From: a virus
Length of the DNA: 64,000 bases
Direction: 5' to 3' (one strand)
IMG/VR virus record: IMGVR_UViG_3300047281_000098
Coordinates: 41,265-105,264 of that record
A program made the position numbers and the translations under genes. Below are positions 37,701-47,800 of the stretch, piece by piece. How positions within the stretch are numbered: the first letter of the stretch is position 1; every line of letters begins with the position of its first letter. The notes under the pieces are model-generated. The model was not told the origin of the DNA, did no database searches, and saw only the letters and a program-made list of their open reading frames with translations.

Positions 37701-38329
37701 GTATCACTAACGATTTATCAGGTAATTTAGTTGCAGTTCCAGCTTCACACATGATGCTAAGAACATTCATCCGTAGTGATAATGTTTCTTATCCTTGGTT
37801 AGCAGCAGCAGGTACTCGTCGTGGTACTATTGATAATGCGACTAACATTGGTTATCTAGATGGTCAAACAGGTGAATTCCAGACAATTAAAACTCGTATA
37901 GGTATTCGTGACGTTCTATATACTAACTTCATTAACCCAATGGTGTTCTTCACTGGAGTTGGACTATTGAATTACGGTAATAAAACAAGCTTTAATTCAT
38001 CAAGCGCATTAGACAGAGTTAACGTTGCTCGTTTAGTAGCTTACATACGTAGACAACTAACATTAGCTGCTCGTCCATTCGTGTTCGAACCAAATGATGC
38101 GTTGACTCGTCAACAAATCGCTGGTGTTGTTCAAACATTGATGGTAGACTTGGTTGCTAAACGTGGTCTATATGATTATCTAGTAGTATGTGATGATTCA
38201 AATAATACTCCTGCTAGAATTGATCGCAATGAGCTTTGGATTGACGTTGCTATTGAGCCCGTCAAGGCAGCTGAATTCATCTACATCCCTGTTCGTATAT
38301 TGAACACAGGTGAATTGTCAGGCAAATAA
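34781..38329 (+). CDS. tail sheath protein (gp18-like) with large insertions
   Basis: MALTSPGVEV, PW.A.AG..RG, RVNVARL, FVFEPND, CDDSNNTP..IDRNEL, P.KAAEFIYI. Confidence 0.95.
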   Translation: MALTSPGVEVTITDQSQYLPAPGGSVPLVILATAQNKADASGTGVAAATTAANAGKLYQITSQRDLVNLYGSPFFYSTTNGTPIQGYELNEYGLLAAYSTLGVTNRCYVLRADIDLASLVGQTGRPVGFPENNTYWLDTTSSTWGIYVFNQTTGKFSLQTPIVITNPDDLTGGVPNSTIGNIGNYAVNALETAYSFESDASNREFFYKSSFNVWVPLGGTAWKKDVPTVSGTTSNPVLSPGTFTINLNGIYITTITVPVFPNNNVYGVAAAINNLNWFQLTASVRNNKLCIFSSQNSNLSGAMTLSQTGTVLDELGIVAKTYYQAGVEFGTAAQMPLWTSSQAQPHPTGSVWIKVGQSGNGLAPVVANFNAVTNIWQNKNVSLATSDAQVNSNLDATGGKLIPAGSIYAQYDPSYVTAPLYLWERIATGPTVVTGSVSNPVLNSGPYVMTVQTSVPGSPTLSSVYSVTVPDNTDASGFVTAWTATNILYTTASVTTDGAIQITHTDGGSINLSDLVAGVSNGLLSAVGFNINSTAGCKYGPTVSINFSDVPQLSTTGVGTNGLFNIISEYSAYVVSFGGVGSTGGSGYAVGDNITISGAVLGGTTPTNDLVIKVTSVSITNAITSVMYVSGSTPNNYATELSNWRSFTYTANEGSPVAAPVNDTNWFFSVVDQVDIMVQKGGVWIGYGQTSYDSSGFPAATGVNATDPNGPIIAATAPTTQSDGTALVYGDLWMSTSDLELYPLLSRWEAIDSLTNGWVLLDNSDQVSSSGVVFADARWATSGTVSPTDDPIATIPTLLQSNYLDLDAPTATLYPQGMLLFNTRRSGYNVKQYKANYFNSTDFAGDTLPVQKAAWVTISGNQANGSPYMGRKAQRAVVVQAMNAVVATNMAIRDEDNAFNLMAAPNYPELQPNMVVLNNDRGDTGYILGDTPMRLPDDATAIQAWATNAAGATSTGEDGCVTRDTYLGLFYPSGITNDLSGNLVAVPASHMMLRTFIRSDNVSYPWLAAAGTRRGTIDNATNIGYLDGQTGEFQTIKTRIGIRDVLYTNFINPMVFFTGVGLLNYGNKTSFNSSSALDRVNVARLVAYIRRQLTLAARPFVFEPNDALTRQQIAGVVQTLMVDLVAKRGLYDYLVVCDDSNNTPARIDRNELWIDVAIEPVKAAEFIYIPVRILNTGELSGK

Positions 38330-38336
38330 TAAAATA

Positions 38337-38363
38337 AGACTCCCTTAACTGGGAGTCTATTTT
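38337..38363 (+). terminator. terminator after sheath gene
   Basis: agactccc-ttaact-gggagtct-atttt. Confidence 0.7.
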
Positions 38364-38395
38364 AATGATAAATAATACTAACAGGAGAATTTTAT

Positions 38396-39022
38396 ATGGC
38401 AACAGCCTCACAATCATTATTTAATATGACCGTCGCAGCAGATAATGCTGGTGGCAATCAAGGTCTATTAATGCCAAAACTACAGTTCAGATTCAGAGTT
38501 AACTTCTTGAATTTTGGAGTGGGTTCGGCACTAGAACTTACTAAACAAGTTATCGACTGCTCACGTCCTAATCTTTCATTCGCTGAAATCACATTACCAG
38601 TTTATAACTCAACAATGTATTTGGCAGGTAAGCATACATGGGCTCCGATGTCAGTTAACATCAGAGATGACGCGGCAGGTGGCGTTTCTAAATCAGTTGG
38701 TGCTCAACTACAGAAGCAATTAGACTTTGTTGAACAAGCAAGCGCAGCATCAGGCCAAGATTACAAATTTCAAACTAACATTGAAATTTTAGACGGTGGT
38801 AACGGTACATTAGTTCCTACTGTATTAGAAACTTGGGAATTATACGGATGCTTCTTAGTATCTGCTAATTACAATACATTGAACTACGGTACATCTGATG
38901 TAGTAACTATTGGTCTATCAATTCGTTATGATAACGCAATTCAGTCCCCATTAGGTGGCGGAGTTGGTACATCAGTTGGTCGTGCTCTAGGTGGCGCATC
39001 AGTTACTGGTATCGGTCAATAA
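38396..39022 (+). CDS. tail tube protein (gp19-like)
   Basis: follows sheath; PKLQFRFRV, YLAGKHTW, W.LYGCF, I.YDNA. Confidence 0.85.
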   Translation: MATASQSLFNMTVAADNAGGNQGLLMPKLQFRFRVNFLNFGVGSALELTKQVIDCSRPNLSFAEITLPVYNSTMYLAGKHTWAPMSVNIRDDAAGGVSKSVGAQLQKQLDFVEQASAASGQDYKFQTNIEILDGGNGTLVPTVLETWELYGCFLVSANYNTLNYGTSDVVTIGLSIRYDNAIQSPLGGGVGTSVGRALGGASVTGIGQ

Positions 39023-39030
39023 CATAGTAC

Positions 39031-40185
39031 ATGGCTGGATTTTTTCAAAATCTGCTAACTGACACTGCCGGATCATTATTCGGCAGTGATTACCTGCGTG
39101 ACTTTCAACACGCCGCAAAAACATTTAGACCTAATTCTTTTCAGAATGCGCCTAAATTCAAGTTTCTATTCCATGTCTATTTTGACATAAATCCTCAGGC
39201 AATGGCATCAGTCGGTATGACTTCAAGTCCTAATTTAGGATTAGATGTAAAGACAATAAAACTTCCTAGTTATACTTTTGCCACTCATGAGCTTAATCAA
39301 TACAATCGTAAGCGTATTGTACAAACAAAAATAAAATACGATCCAGTTGATATAGCATTTCATGATGATCAAGGTAATGCCATACGTAATATGTGGTATG
39401 CTTATTATACGTATTACTATAAAGATGCTACTAAAGTAAACACAGGCGGTCCTGGCTCAAGTCAAATAGCCCCGGATGCGTCTTATGTTAATAGAAATAT
39501 ATACGACCCATCGATAACAGGTAATGATAACTGGGGTTTTTCAGGCGAGCCTGCTCAGTCAGCAACTGCTCAAGTTAAAGCTCCGTTCTTTAATAATATA
39601 ACTGTGTTTAGTATAAATCAGCATAAATTTGCTGCTTATACATTAATAAATCCTATTATAACACGATTTGGTCATGATACTCATAGTTATGCTGAAGGTT
39701 CCGGTACGATGGAGAATACAATGACTCTTGACTATGAAACTGTAAAATACTATGAAGGTGCGATAGATGGTACTAAGCCTGGTAATAAAGTAACAGGTTT
39801 TGGTGACAATGCCTCATATGACTTAACTGCTAGTCCAATTACTAAGCCAGGTTCACAGGCATCTATATTAGGTCAAGGCGGATTAGTTGACGCAGTTGGC
39901 GGATTTATAAATGACTTAACTCCTGATGCCAATGGTGAGATTAGCGGCGGAGCATTATTTAATGCTGCTATAAATGCCGGTACAGCATATAATACATTTA
40001 AAAATGTAGATTTGAAACAAATAGCCAAGACTGAAGTTCTAGCTGGTATCACTAATCAAGTTCAACAAACACCAAATAGAAGCGTATCGTTCTCTTTCCC
40101 TACTTTTGCTGGCTCGCCTAGTACAACAGGAACTGCTGGTTCACCGTCAGCGACCCCTCAAAAAACACCCGGTACAAACGGATAA
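39031..40185 (+). CDS. baseplate-tail tube junction protein (gp54/gp48-like, tube fold)
   Basis: KLPSY...NQYNRKR..QTKI.Y.PV.I.FHDD; follows tube gene. Confidence 0.6.
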   Translation: MAGFFQNLLTDTAGSLFGSDYLRDFQHAAKTFRPNSFQNAPKFKFLFHVYFDINPQAMASVGMTSSPNLGLDVKTIKLPSYTFATHELNQYNRKRIVQTKIKYDPVDIAFHDDQGNAIRNMWYAYYTYYYKDATKVNTGGPGSSQIAPDASYVNRNIYDPSITGNDNWGFSGEPAQSATAQVKAPFFNNITVFSINQHKFAAYTLINPIITRFGHDTHSYAEGSGTMENTMTLDYETVKYYEGAIDGTKPGNKVTGFGDNASYDLTASPITKPGSQASILGQGGLVDAVGGFINDLTPDANGEISGGALFNAAINAGTAYNTFKNVDLKQIAKTEVLAGITNQVQQTPNRSVSFSFPTFAGSPSTTGTAGSPSATPQKTPGTNG

Positions 40186-40237
40186 AGTAATGCTCACTGT
40201 GATACTATTGTATAAATAGTAGATAGGGGTACATTAA

Positions 40238-40597
40238 ATGGCACGCATAATAGATTCACGCACATCACTTGATAAAACAGTCAGAATATTTGATTCTTTC
40301 TACGCATTTGATTTGGTTGTCAACGGAGATTCGTATGACATTGTATATGGTTATTTCAAATCTGTAAGTAGCAGCATAAATGTAGCAGCTAATTTTACTG
40401 CTGTTCTATTTAGAATTTCACAAGAGACCAAGATACCGGTACTAGATTTATTAGGTTATATCAAGGGTACAACGAAGTTGGAAATGAATCAAGTAATATG
40501 TTACTATCTTAACAGTTTCAAATCTAAAACTTCTCTATACGGAGTAAGCGTTGTACCACAAGCCAATCAGCCCGTAGCAAGAAACATAGTTCAATAA
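40238..40597 (+). CDS. hypothetical late protein
   Basis: TATAAATA upstream. Confidence 0.65.
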   Translation: MARIIDSRTSLDKTVRIFDSFYAFDLVVNGDSYDIVYGYFKSVSSSINVAANFTAVLFRISQETKIPVLDLLGYIKGTTKLEMNQVICYYLNSFKSKTSLYGVSVVPQANQPVARNIVQ

Positions 40598-40598
40598 T

Positions 40599-41033
40599 AT
40601 GGCACGGTTTGCTACAGGGATTTTCACTCCAAAGAATCCAGCAAAATATGTAGGTAAGCATTTGCCACGCTATCGTAGTTCATGGGAATTAGTCTTTATG
40701 ACTTTTCTAGATCAGAATTCTAATATCATGCAATGGGCAAGCGAATCAATCGCAATTCAATATCGCCATCCTCTTACTGGTAAGATTGCGAACTATATCC
40801 CTGATTTTCTAGTACTATATCAAAACAAAAGCGGCAGACAACTAGCTGAAATTGTTGAAGTAAAACCTAAATCACAAACTGCTATAACTGAAGCAAAATC
40901 TAAGCATGATAAACTTCATGTGGTGGTGAATACTGCTAAGTGGCGGGCAGCCGCAGCATATTGTAAGCAACATGGGATGACTTTCCGAATAGTAACTGAG
41001 ATGGATATTTTTCACCAGCCTAAAGGTAAGTAA
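40599..41033 (+). CDS. head completion nuclease, T4 gp4-like
   Basis: NP.KY.G, YRSSWE, W.SE, Y.PDF, VEVKP, N.AKW.AA. Confidence 0.88.
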   Translation: MARFATGIFTPKNPAKYVGKHLPRYRSSWELVFMTFLDQNSNIMQWASESIAIQYRHPLTGKIANYIPDFLVLYQNKSGRQLAEIVEVKPKSQTAITEAKSKHDKLHVVVNTAKWRAAAAYCKQHGMTFRIVTEMDIFHQPKGK

Positions 41034-41040
41034 ATACAGT

Positions 41041-41523
41041 ATGACAAAAAAATTATCCGAACTGTTTGACTTATCACCTGATATCATGGAAAGTCTATCA
41101 ATGCCTATTCCCGACGATGCTGAGATAATCACAACTGGTGCACTGACTAATCTGGAAAAGATTGAAAATGCTCTACCTCAAGTTAGAGGACTGGAATCAA
41201 GTGACATAGAACTTGACGAAATAGCAAAAATGGCTATTGACAGTTACAAAGACTTGTCTGAGTTAGGTATGCAGGTTGATAGCAGATTCTCCAGTGAGAT
41301 ATTTGGCGTTGCTGCTACTATGTTAGGCCATGCGCTTACTGCTAAGACAGCTAAACTAACTAAAAAGATTAAAATGATTGAGCTACAGTTGAAGAAAGCT
41401 GCGCTGGATCAAAAAGCAAGTTCTAATGTTGAAGAATTAGAAGCTACTCCTCTAGGTGATGTAAAAAGTTTAGACAGAAATGAATTACTCAAGATGTTAG
41501 CTGTCAAATCATCTGCCGAATGA
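41041..41523 (+). CDS. helical protein, possible terminase small subunit
   Basis: helical hairpin/coiled-coil pattern and position after gp4; weak. Confidence 0.4.
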   Translation: MTKKLSELFDLSPDIMESLSMPIPDDAEIITTGALTNLEKIENALPQVRGLESSDIELDEIAKMAIDSYKDLSELGMQVDSRFSSEIFGVAATMLGHALTAKTAKLTKKIKMIELQLKKAALDQKASSNVEELEATPLGDVKSLDRNELLKMLAVKSSAE

Positions 41524-41548
41524 TAAATAAGATAATGAGGAATATTCA

Positions 41549-42166
41549 ATGAAAAGTTTAAAACATTTTATCACCGAATCGGTGAGAAGTTACAAATACA
41601 CCATCAAGATTGCCGGTGATGTGGATAAGAACTTTATTGAGATGTTTAAGTACAATCTCAATAAGTTTGACCCAATTAAAGTCGGTGATCCTGTCAACAC
41701 ACCTATTCAAAAAAGCCCGTACGGTTTTCCTGAATTGAAGAATGAGCAAATAACTATCATTAAGGCGGAGTTTAGATACCCTGCTACTGAGCCAATGATA
41801 CAGCAAATCGCACAGTTACTTGGTTATAATATCAATATGGTTCGTGTTGTTACCACTGATTTTGATGATAGCATCAATAGCGAAGCTGAAGGATATTCTA
41901 ATCAAGTTGAACACACTCCGTTGCTAAATCATCCTGAATTGGAAGATAATGGTAAAGATGCTGCTAAAGCATATGGTGATTCATACTTAGACAGTATTAA
42001 GAAACAGTCAGAGGGTTCAAAAATTGATATCCCTTATGAAGGTAAAAAAACTCCGGATTCGTTTGATCCATTCAAACAGCCAATTCAAGACAAACTTGGT
42101 GCTCTTAGCCCAATGAGTAAAATGACACGAGCTCCAAAACCACAAACAGGCGCATCGGCTAAATAA
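41549..42166 (+). CDS. putative head-associated protein
   Basis: MKSLKHFITES N-terminus. Confidence 0.6.
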   Translation: MKSLKHFITESVRSYKYTIKIAGDVDKNFIEMFKYNLNKFDPIKVGDPVNTPIQKSPYGFPELKNEQITIIKAEFRYPATEPMIQQIAQLLGYNINMVRVVTTDFDDSINSEAEGYSNQVEHTPLLNHPELEDNGKDAAKAYGDSYLDSIKKQSEGSKIDIPYEGKKTPDSFDPFKQPIQDKLGALSPMSKMTRAPKPQTGASAK

Positions 42167-42181
42167 TAAAAGGAATATGAT

Positions 42182-44707
42182 ATGAATATGAATATGTTAG
42201 ATTTAATGAACAAGCTTACACAGCTTCAAGCCGCTGACCTTACTGAAGCTAAGGCAGAAACTACTCACAAAGGTGGCACTAAGACTACTGATGACAAGGG
42301 TACTACTCATAAAGGCCGTTACGGCAACGAGTATCAAGGTGATAGTGATGATGAAGAGCGTGATTCAGTTACTGGTAAGAAGAAAAAAGCTCCTAAAGTA
42401 ATGCCATCTGATGGTGAAAAACGTGGGCGCGGCCGTCCTGCTAAAGCTGGTTCAGAAGGTGATGGCAAGAAATATGCTAATGCTGCTGCTCTACAAAGCT
42501 TTATCGTTGGTAACAAGCCAAGTAAAGCTGTTGAAAAACTTCCAAAGACAAAGAGCAACAAGACTCTTAAAGACTGGATCGAAAATCTAGATAACGCAAT
42601 TAATGAAGGTGAAGAAGTAACAATTGCTCCGGCAACTGCTACTAATACACAAGTTATCAAACAAGGTCAGAACACATTGGGAACTGTTAGTAACCCTCAG
42701 TTAGCACAACAAATCAAGCAAAGCATTGGCAAGGGCGAAATGACTCTAGCTGGTAATACACTTGGTGAAGATGCTCAAGGAAAAACAGCACGCATTTTCT
42801 TCAACAAAGACTTAGGTGAATATACAGTTCGTTTCTATCAAAACGGTAAGCACATGGCTGACGCTGATTACTTCACTGATGATAAAGAAGATGCTCGTTC
42901 TACTGCTAAGGCATCCTGTGAAGAGCAAGGTGAAGAAGAAGTTACAGAGCGTTCAACTAGTATGTACAATGAAGCTAAGAAAGCCAAGCCAGACTTTCTA
43001 GATGTTGATAAAGACAAGAACAAAAAAGAACCATTCAAAAAAGCTGTTAAAGATAAAGCAGCTAAAACAGTTGAAGAAGCTAAGAAAGCCAAGCCAGATT
43101 TTCTCGATGTAGACAAAGACGGTGACAAGAAAGAGCCATTCAATAAAGCTGTTAAAGACAAAGAAGCTAAAACAGTTGAAGAAGCCAAGAAGCCAAGCGC
43201 AGGTATGACTGCTAAGGAAAAATCAGCAGTAGTTACTAAAGCTAAAGCAGGTAAAGATATCGGTAAGCCGGGTAAGGGCTTTGAGAAAGTTGCTGCTAAA
43301 GCTGCTAAAGAATACGGTTCAAAAGAAAAGGGCCAAAAAGTAGCCGCCGCAGCAATGTGGAAAGGCCAAGCTAAGAAAGTTTCAGAAAGCAAAATGTCTA
43401 ATCTAGATGCTGATCTTAAAGATAAAAACTTCTCTGATGCTGACTTTAAAAAGCAATATGGTAAGACCAAGGCTGAAATGAGAGCATCTATGAAAGACAA
43501 GCCTGATGCTAAAAAGAAAGTTGCTGAAAGCGTATTGAATGATTCTACTGGTGCTACTTTAGATCATATCTGTAAAACATTCAGCCGTGAAGTAGCCGAC
43601 TTTAAACAAACTGGTGATATGGATGAAGATTTATTCCAAGCTCTATATGACTATTATTTTGATGACATGCCATATGGTGTTAAAAAAGCAAGAAGCGGTG
43701 ATCCATATGAATGGGTATCTGATCGTTTCCAAGAAGACATGCCATTAGAAGAAGGTACAAGAGAAGATTTCACTACTCACGGTATGGATAGTCAGCCATC
43801 AAAAGTAATGCCAATGCCAGCTAAGCCCGCTCAAACTCCATGGAGCAGAGATCCTATTGCTGCGTTAACTGATCGTGCGTATGACAAGTTTGCCAGCAAA
43901 CCAAAGACCCCTCAGTTTGAAAGCTGGAACACTCAGTTAGATTCATTGTTAAATGAAGACATCACTGAAGGCATGACTGTATCTATTAGCAAAGGTCAAC
44001 AAGGATCTCCTGATTCAGTAAGTATCAATGCTCAAGACGCAGAAGCTGACCAATTACTTGCTCTAGTTAAAAGCGCAGGATTAGGTTTATTTGGTGGTGA
44101 TGAAGCACAAACTCCAGGCGGAATGAATATGTCATCGGCTACTGGTGGAGAAGCAGGCGCTGTTGATGTTGAAGTAGTTGATGATCATGATGATATGTTA
44201 TCTCTTATTCGCAAAATGACAGGTCAAGCTCCTGCTCAACAAGCATCAAGTGAAGATTATGCTGATGAAGAAGGTACTGAAGAGCACGCTGAAGAAGTAT
44301 GCGGTGACTGTGGTCATAGTGAATGCGAATGCGAAACTGAAGAAGTTGTTGACGAAACAGAAACAGACGATCAGCGCGAATTTGAAGTTTCTGAAGACGA
44401 CAATGTAGCACAAGCAGGCGCTCAAGAAGCTGGTGAAGATTCAGCATTAGCTTCAGCAGCCGGTCAAGCTCAGAGCGCAGAAGAAGACGAGCCTGAAGAA
44501 GAGGAAGCAGAACTTGAAGAATCATTTGCTAATAGTGAAGATGACAAGTTTCAAACTGATATCGACTTTATGACTAATGTTATCACTGGTGGACTGAATA
44601 GACAGAAACGTAATCAATCAGTTGGTAATCCAATAACGATTGCTTCTACTCCAATGAAAGAATCCGCAGATTTGCTTTCAGACTTTAGAAAACTAAGCGG
44701 TCTGTAA
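42182..44707 (+). CDS. large charged internal head/core protein with many putative protease sites
   Basis: Lys/Glu-rich; KPDFLDVDKD..KKEPF.KAVKDK twice; repeated (L/I/V)xE-(S/A/G). Confidence 0.65.
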   Translation: MNMNMLDLMNKLTQLQAADLTEAKAETTHKGGTKTTDDKGTTHKGRYGNEYQGDSDDEERDSVTGKKKKAPKVMPSDGEKRGRGRPAKAGSEGDGKKYANAAALQSFIVGNKPSKAVEKLPKTKSNKTLKDWIENLDNAINEGEEVTIAPATATNTQVIKQGQNTLGTVSNPQLAQQIKQSIGKGEMTLAGNTLGEDAQGKTARIFFNKDLGEYTVRFYQNGKHMADADYFTDDKEDARSTAKASCEEQGEEEVTERSTSMYNEAKKAKPDFLDVDKDKNKKEPFKKAVKDKAAKTVEEAKKAKPDFLDVDKDGDKKEPFNKAVKDKEAKTVEEAKKPSAGMTAKEKSAVVTKAKAGKDIGKPGKGFEKVAAKAAKEYGSKEKGQKVAAAAMWKGQAKKVSESKMSNLDADLKDKNFSDADFKKQYGKTKAEMRASMKDKPDAKKKVAESVLNDSTGATLDHICKTFSREVADFKQTGDMDEDLFQALYDYYFDDMPYGVKKARSGDPYEWVSDRFQEDMPLEEGTREDFTTHGMDSQPSKVMPMPAKPAQTPWSRDPIAALTDRAYDKFASKPKTPQFESWNTQLDSLLNEDITEGMTVSISKGQQGSPDSVSINAQDAEADQLLALVKSAGLGLFGGDEAQTPGGMNMSSATGGEAGAVDVEVVDDHDDMLSLIRKMTGQAPAQQASSEDYADEEGTEEHAEEVCGDCGHSECECETEEVVDETETDDQREFEVSEDDNVAQAGAQEAGEDSALASAAGQAQSAEEDEPEEEEAELEESFANSEDDKFQTDIDFMTNVITGGLNRQKRNQSVGNPITIASTPMKESADLLSDFRKLSGL

Positions 44708-44722
44708 GATCATTTAACACAT

Positions 44723-44751
44723 AAAATACTCGGGCAACCGGGTATTTTTTT
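44723..44751 (+). terminator. rho-independent terminator
   Basis: aaaatactcgg-gcaa-ccgggtatttt + T run. Confidence 0.8.
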
Positions 44752-44802
44752 GGCTATCACTTTATACACAAACGATAAATACTTGATAAGAAAGTAAAAC
44801 CC

Positions 44803-47800
44803 ATGGCACAAAATAATATTGACTTCGGAACATTTCCGGATGATCCTAGCGCAGACGCGATACGAACAGCATTTCAAAAAGTTCAAGACAACTTTGATCA
44901 AGTATTTGCTGTAACTACCGGAGCATCAGTTACTTCAGTAAATAAGACGCCCGGGGTAGGCATTACTGTTAGTTCTCCGATCGGAGATGTAGTTGTCAGT
45001 GCTAATATCGCATGTGTTCAAGTTAGTACCAGCTCACTAAGTATAGGACGCGGCAGTAACGGTGGAACATCAACTTCAATCACTGCGTCAAGTCAAATTT
45101 TAGTAATTGACATTAATCCAACTAATGTATTCTCAAACAGTTTTGCAGCAGTCGGAGGCGGTTTAGCAAATATTACTGGAAAATTAACAGTAGCTGCTAA
45201 TGCTCAACCAAACATTACATCAGTTGGTACTTTGACTACTTTAGCAGTATCAGGCAATATCTCGGCTGGAAATGTTGCTGCGACCACATTTACTGGTAAT
45301 TTTACTGGTAATGCCACAACAGCGGGTACAGTAACCACTGCTGCGCAGCCAAACATAACATCAGTTGGTACATTAACATCATTAGTAGTAACCGGTAACA
45401 TCACATCAGGCAATGCTAATTTAGGCAATTTAGCACGTGCTAACTTTATTCAAGGGACATTAACCACTGCTGCGCAGCCAAACATCACAAGTACAGGTAC
45501 ACTGTCTTCGTTAGCAGTAACTGGTAACGTAACAAGTGGAAATGCTAACTTAGGTAACTTGTTAATTGCTAACTTCCATCAAGGAACATTAACAACGGCT
45601 GCTCAACCAAATATTACATCAGTTGGTACTTTAACTGCTTTAGCTGTTACGGGAAATGTCACTTCAGGTAATGCTAACTTAGGTAACTTGTCAATTGCTA
45701 ACTTCATTCAAGGAACATTAACAACTGCTGCTCAGCCAAATATCACGTCTGTTGGAACATTAAGTTCTTTGGCAGTAACAGGTAACATTTCAGGTGCTAA
45801 TCTAACTGGAACTCATTATGGCGCAGCAACCGGACTAACAGCAATTCCGGGTGCTAATGTAACTGGTACAGTAGCTAATGCGACATACGCAGTAAGCTCA
45901 GGCACGGCCGGTAGTGCTACTACTGCAGGTACGGTAACAACGGCTGCTCAACCAAATATTACATCAGTTGGTACGTTAACTGCTTTAGCTGTTACGGGAA
46001 ATGTCACTTCAGGTAATGCTAACTTAGGTAACTTGTCAATTGCTAACTTCATTCAAGGAACATTAACAACTGCTGCTCAGCCAAACATCACTTCAACAGG
46101 TACTTTAACTGCGTTAGCAGTAACTGGTAATATTTCTGGTGCGAATATCACAGGTACTCATTACGGTGCAGCTACTGGACTAACAGCAATTCCGGGTGCT
46201 AATGTAACTGGTACAGTAGCTAATGCGACATACGCAGTAAGCGCGGGGACAGCGGGTACAGTAACAACTGCTGCTCAGCCAAACATCACTAGTACAGGAA
46301 CTTTAACTGCTCTTGCAGTAACTGGAAACATTACATCAGGTAACGCCAACTTAGGTAACTTGTTAATTGCTAACTTCATTCAAGGAACATTAACAACTGC
46401 TGCGCAGCCAAACATCACAAGTACAGGTACACTGTCTTCGTTGGCAGTAACTGGTAACATTTCGGCTGGTAATGTTTCTGCTACGACTTTTACAGGGGCG
46501 TTCACTGGAAATTCAACTACAGCAGGTACAGTAACAACTGCTGCGCAACCAAATATTACATCAGTTGGTACGTTGACTTCTCTAGCAGTTTCAGGTAATA
46601 TTACGTCGGGAAATGTTTCAGCAACAACTTTCACCGGTGCGTTAACTGGTCTTGCTTCAAGTGCGACAGTAGCTGCTTCAGCAAACGCCGTAGCAGGGGC
46701 GAATGTAAGCGGGCAAGTAGCAAACGCATTAGTAGCCGGCACTGTGTATACTGCGGCACAACCAAACATCACTAGTACAGGTACTTTAACTTCGTTATCA
46801 GTGACCGGCAATATATCCGCAGCAAACGTAAATGCAGCTACATTTGGAGCACATAACGGAACAGTCGGAGCATCTACTCCTAACACAGTGGCAGCAACTT
46901 CGATAACAGCTACGACAACAATAGCTGCTACTGGTAACTTGTCAGGTGCTAATATAAACACCGCTGGTGTTCTATCTGTCACGGGTAACGCTAATGTCGG
47001 TAATTTAGGTACTGCTGGATTAATCGTTGCAACTGGTAATATCACCGGTGGAAATTTAGTTACTGCTGGAAATTTATCAGTTACTGGTAATGCAATTATT
47101 ACTGGAAATCTATCAGCCGCAGTATTCACGGGCGCTGGAACTGGGCTTACTTTCTTGCCAGGTGCTAATGTATCTGGCACAGTAGCTAATGCGACATACG
47201 CAGTAAGTTCAGGTACAGCAGGTAGTGCTACTACAGCGGGTACAGTAACAACTGCGGCACAACCAAACATCACTTCAACTGGTACTTTAACTGCGTTAGC
47301 AGTCACTGGCAATATCTCCGGTGCTAACATCAATGGTACTTTCTATGGCGCAGCAACTGGACTAACTTCAATCCCGGGCGCGAATGTAACTGGTACTGTA
47401 CCACTTGCTGCAAGTGCTACTACAGCGGGTACAGTAACAACTGCGGCACAACCAAACATCACTTCAACTGGTACTTTAACTGCGTTAGCAGTCACTGGCA
47501 ATATCTCCGGTGCTAACATCACAGGTACTCATTACGGAGCAGCTACTGGATTAACTTCAATCCCTGGCGCGAATGTATCTGGTACAGTAGCCAATGCGAC
47601 ATACGCAGTAAGTTCAGGTACAGCGGGTACAGTAACAACTGCAGCACAACCAAACATCACATCAGTTGGTATATTAACATCATTAGCAGTAACCGGCAAT
47701 ATATCAGGTGCTAATGTAACTGGTACACATTATGGGGCAGCTACTGGATTGACTTCAATTCCTGGCGCGAATGTATCTGGTACAGTGGCAAATGCGACAT

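Noticed and set aside
40599-41033. TnsA transposase / mobile element
   Set aside because: The fold is shared, but motifs and position among tail and head genes match T4 gp4 head completion protein; no TnsB/C or terminal repeats.
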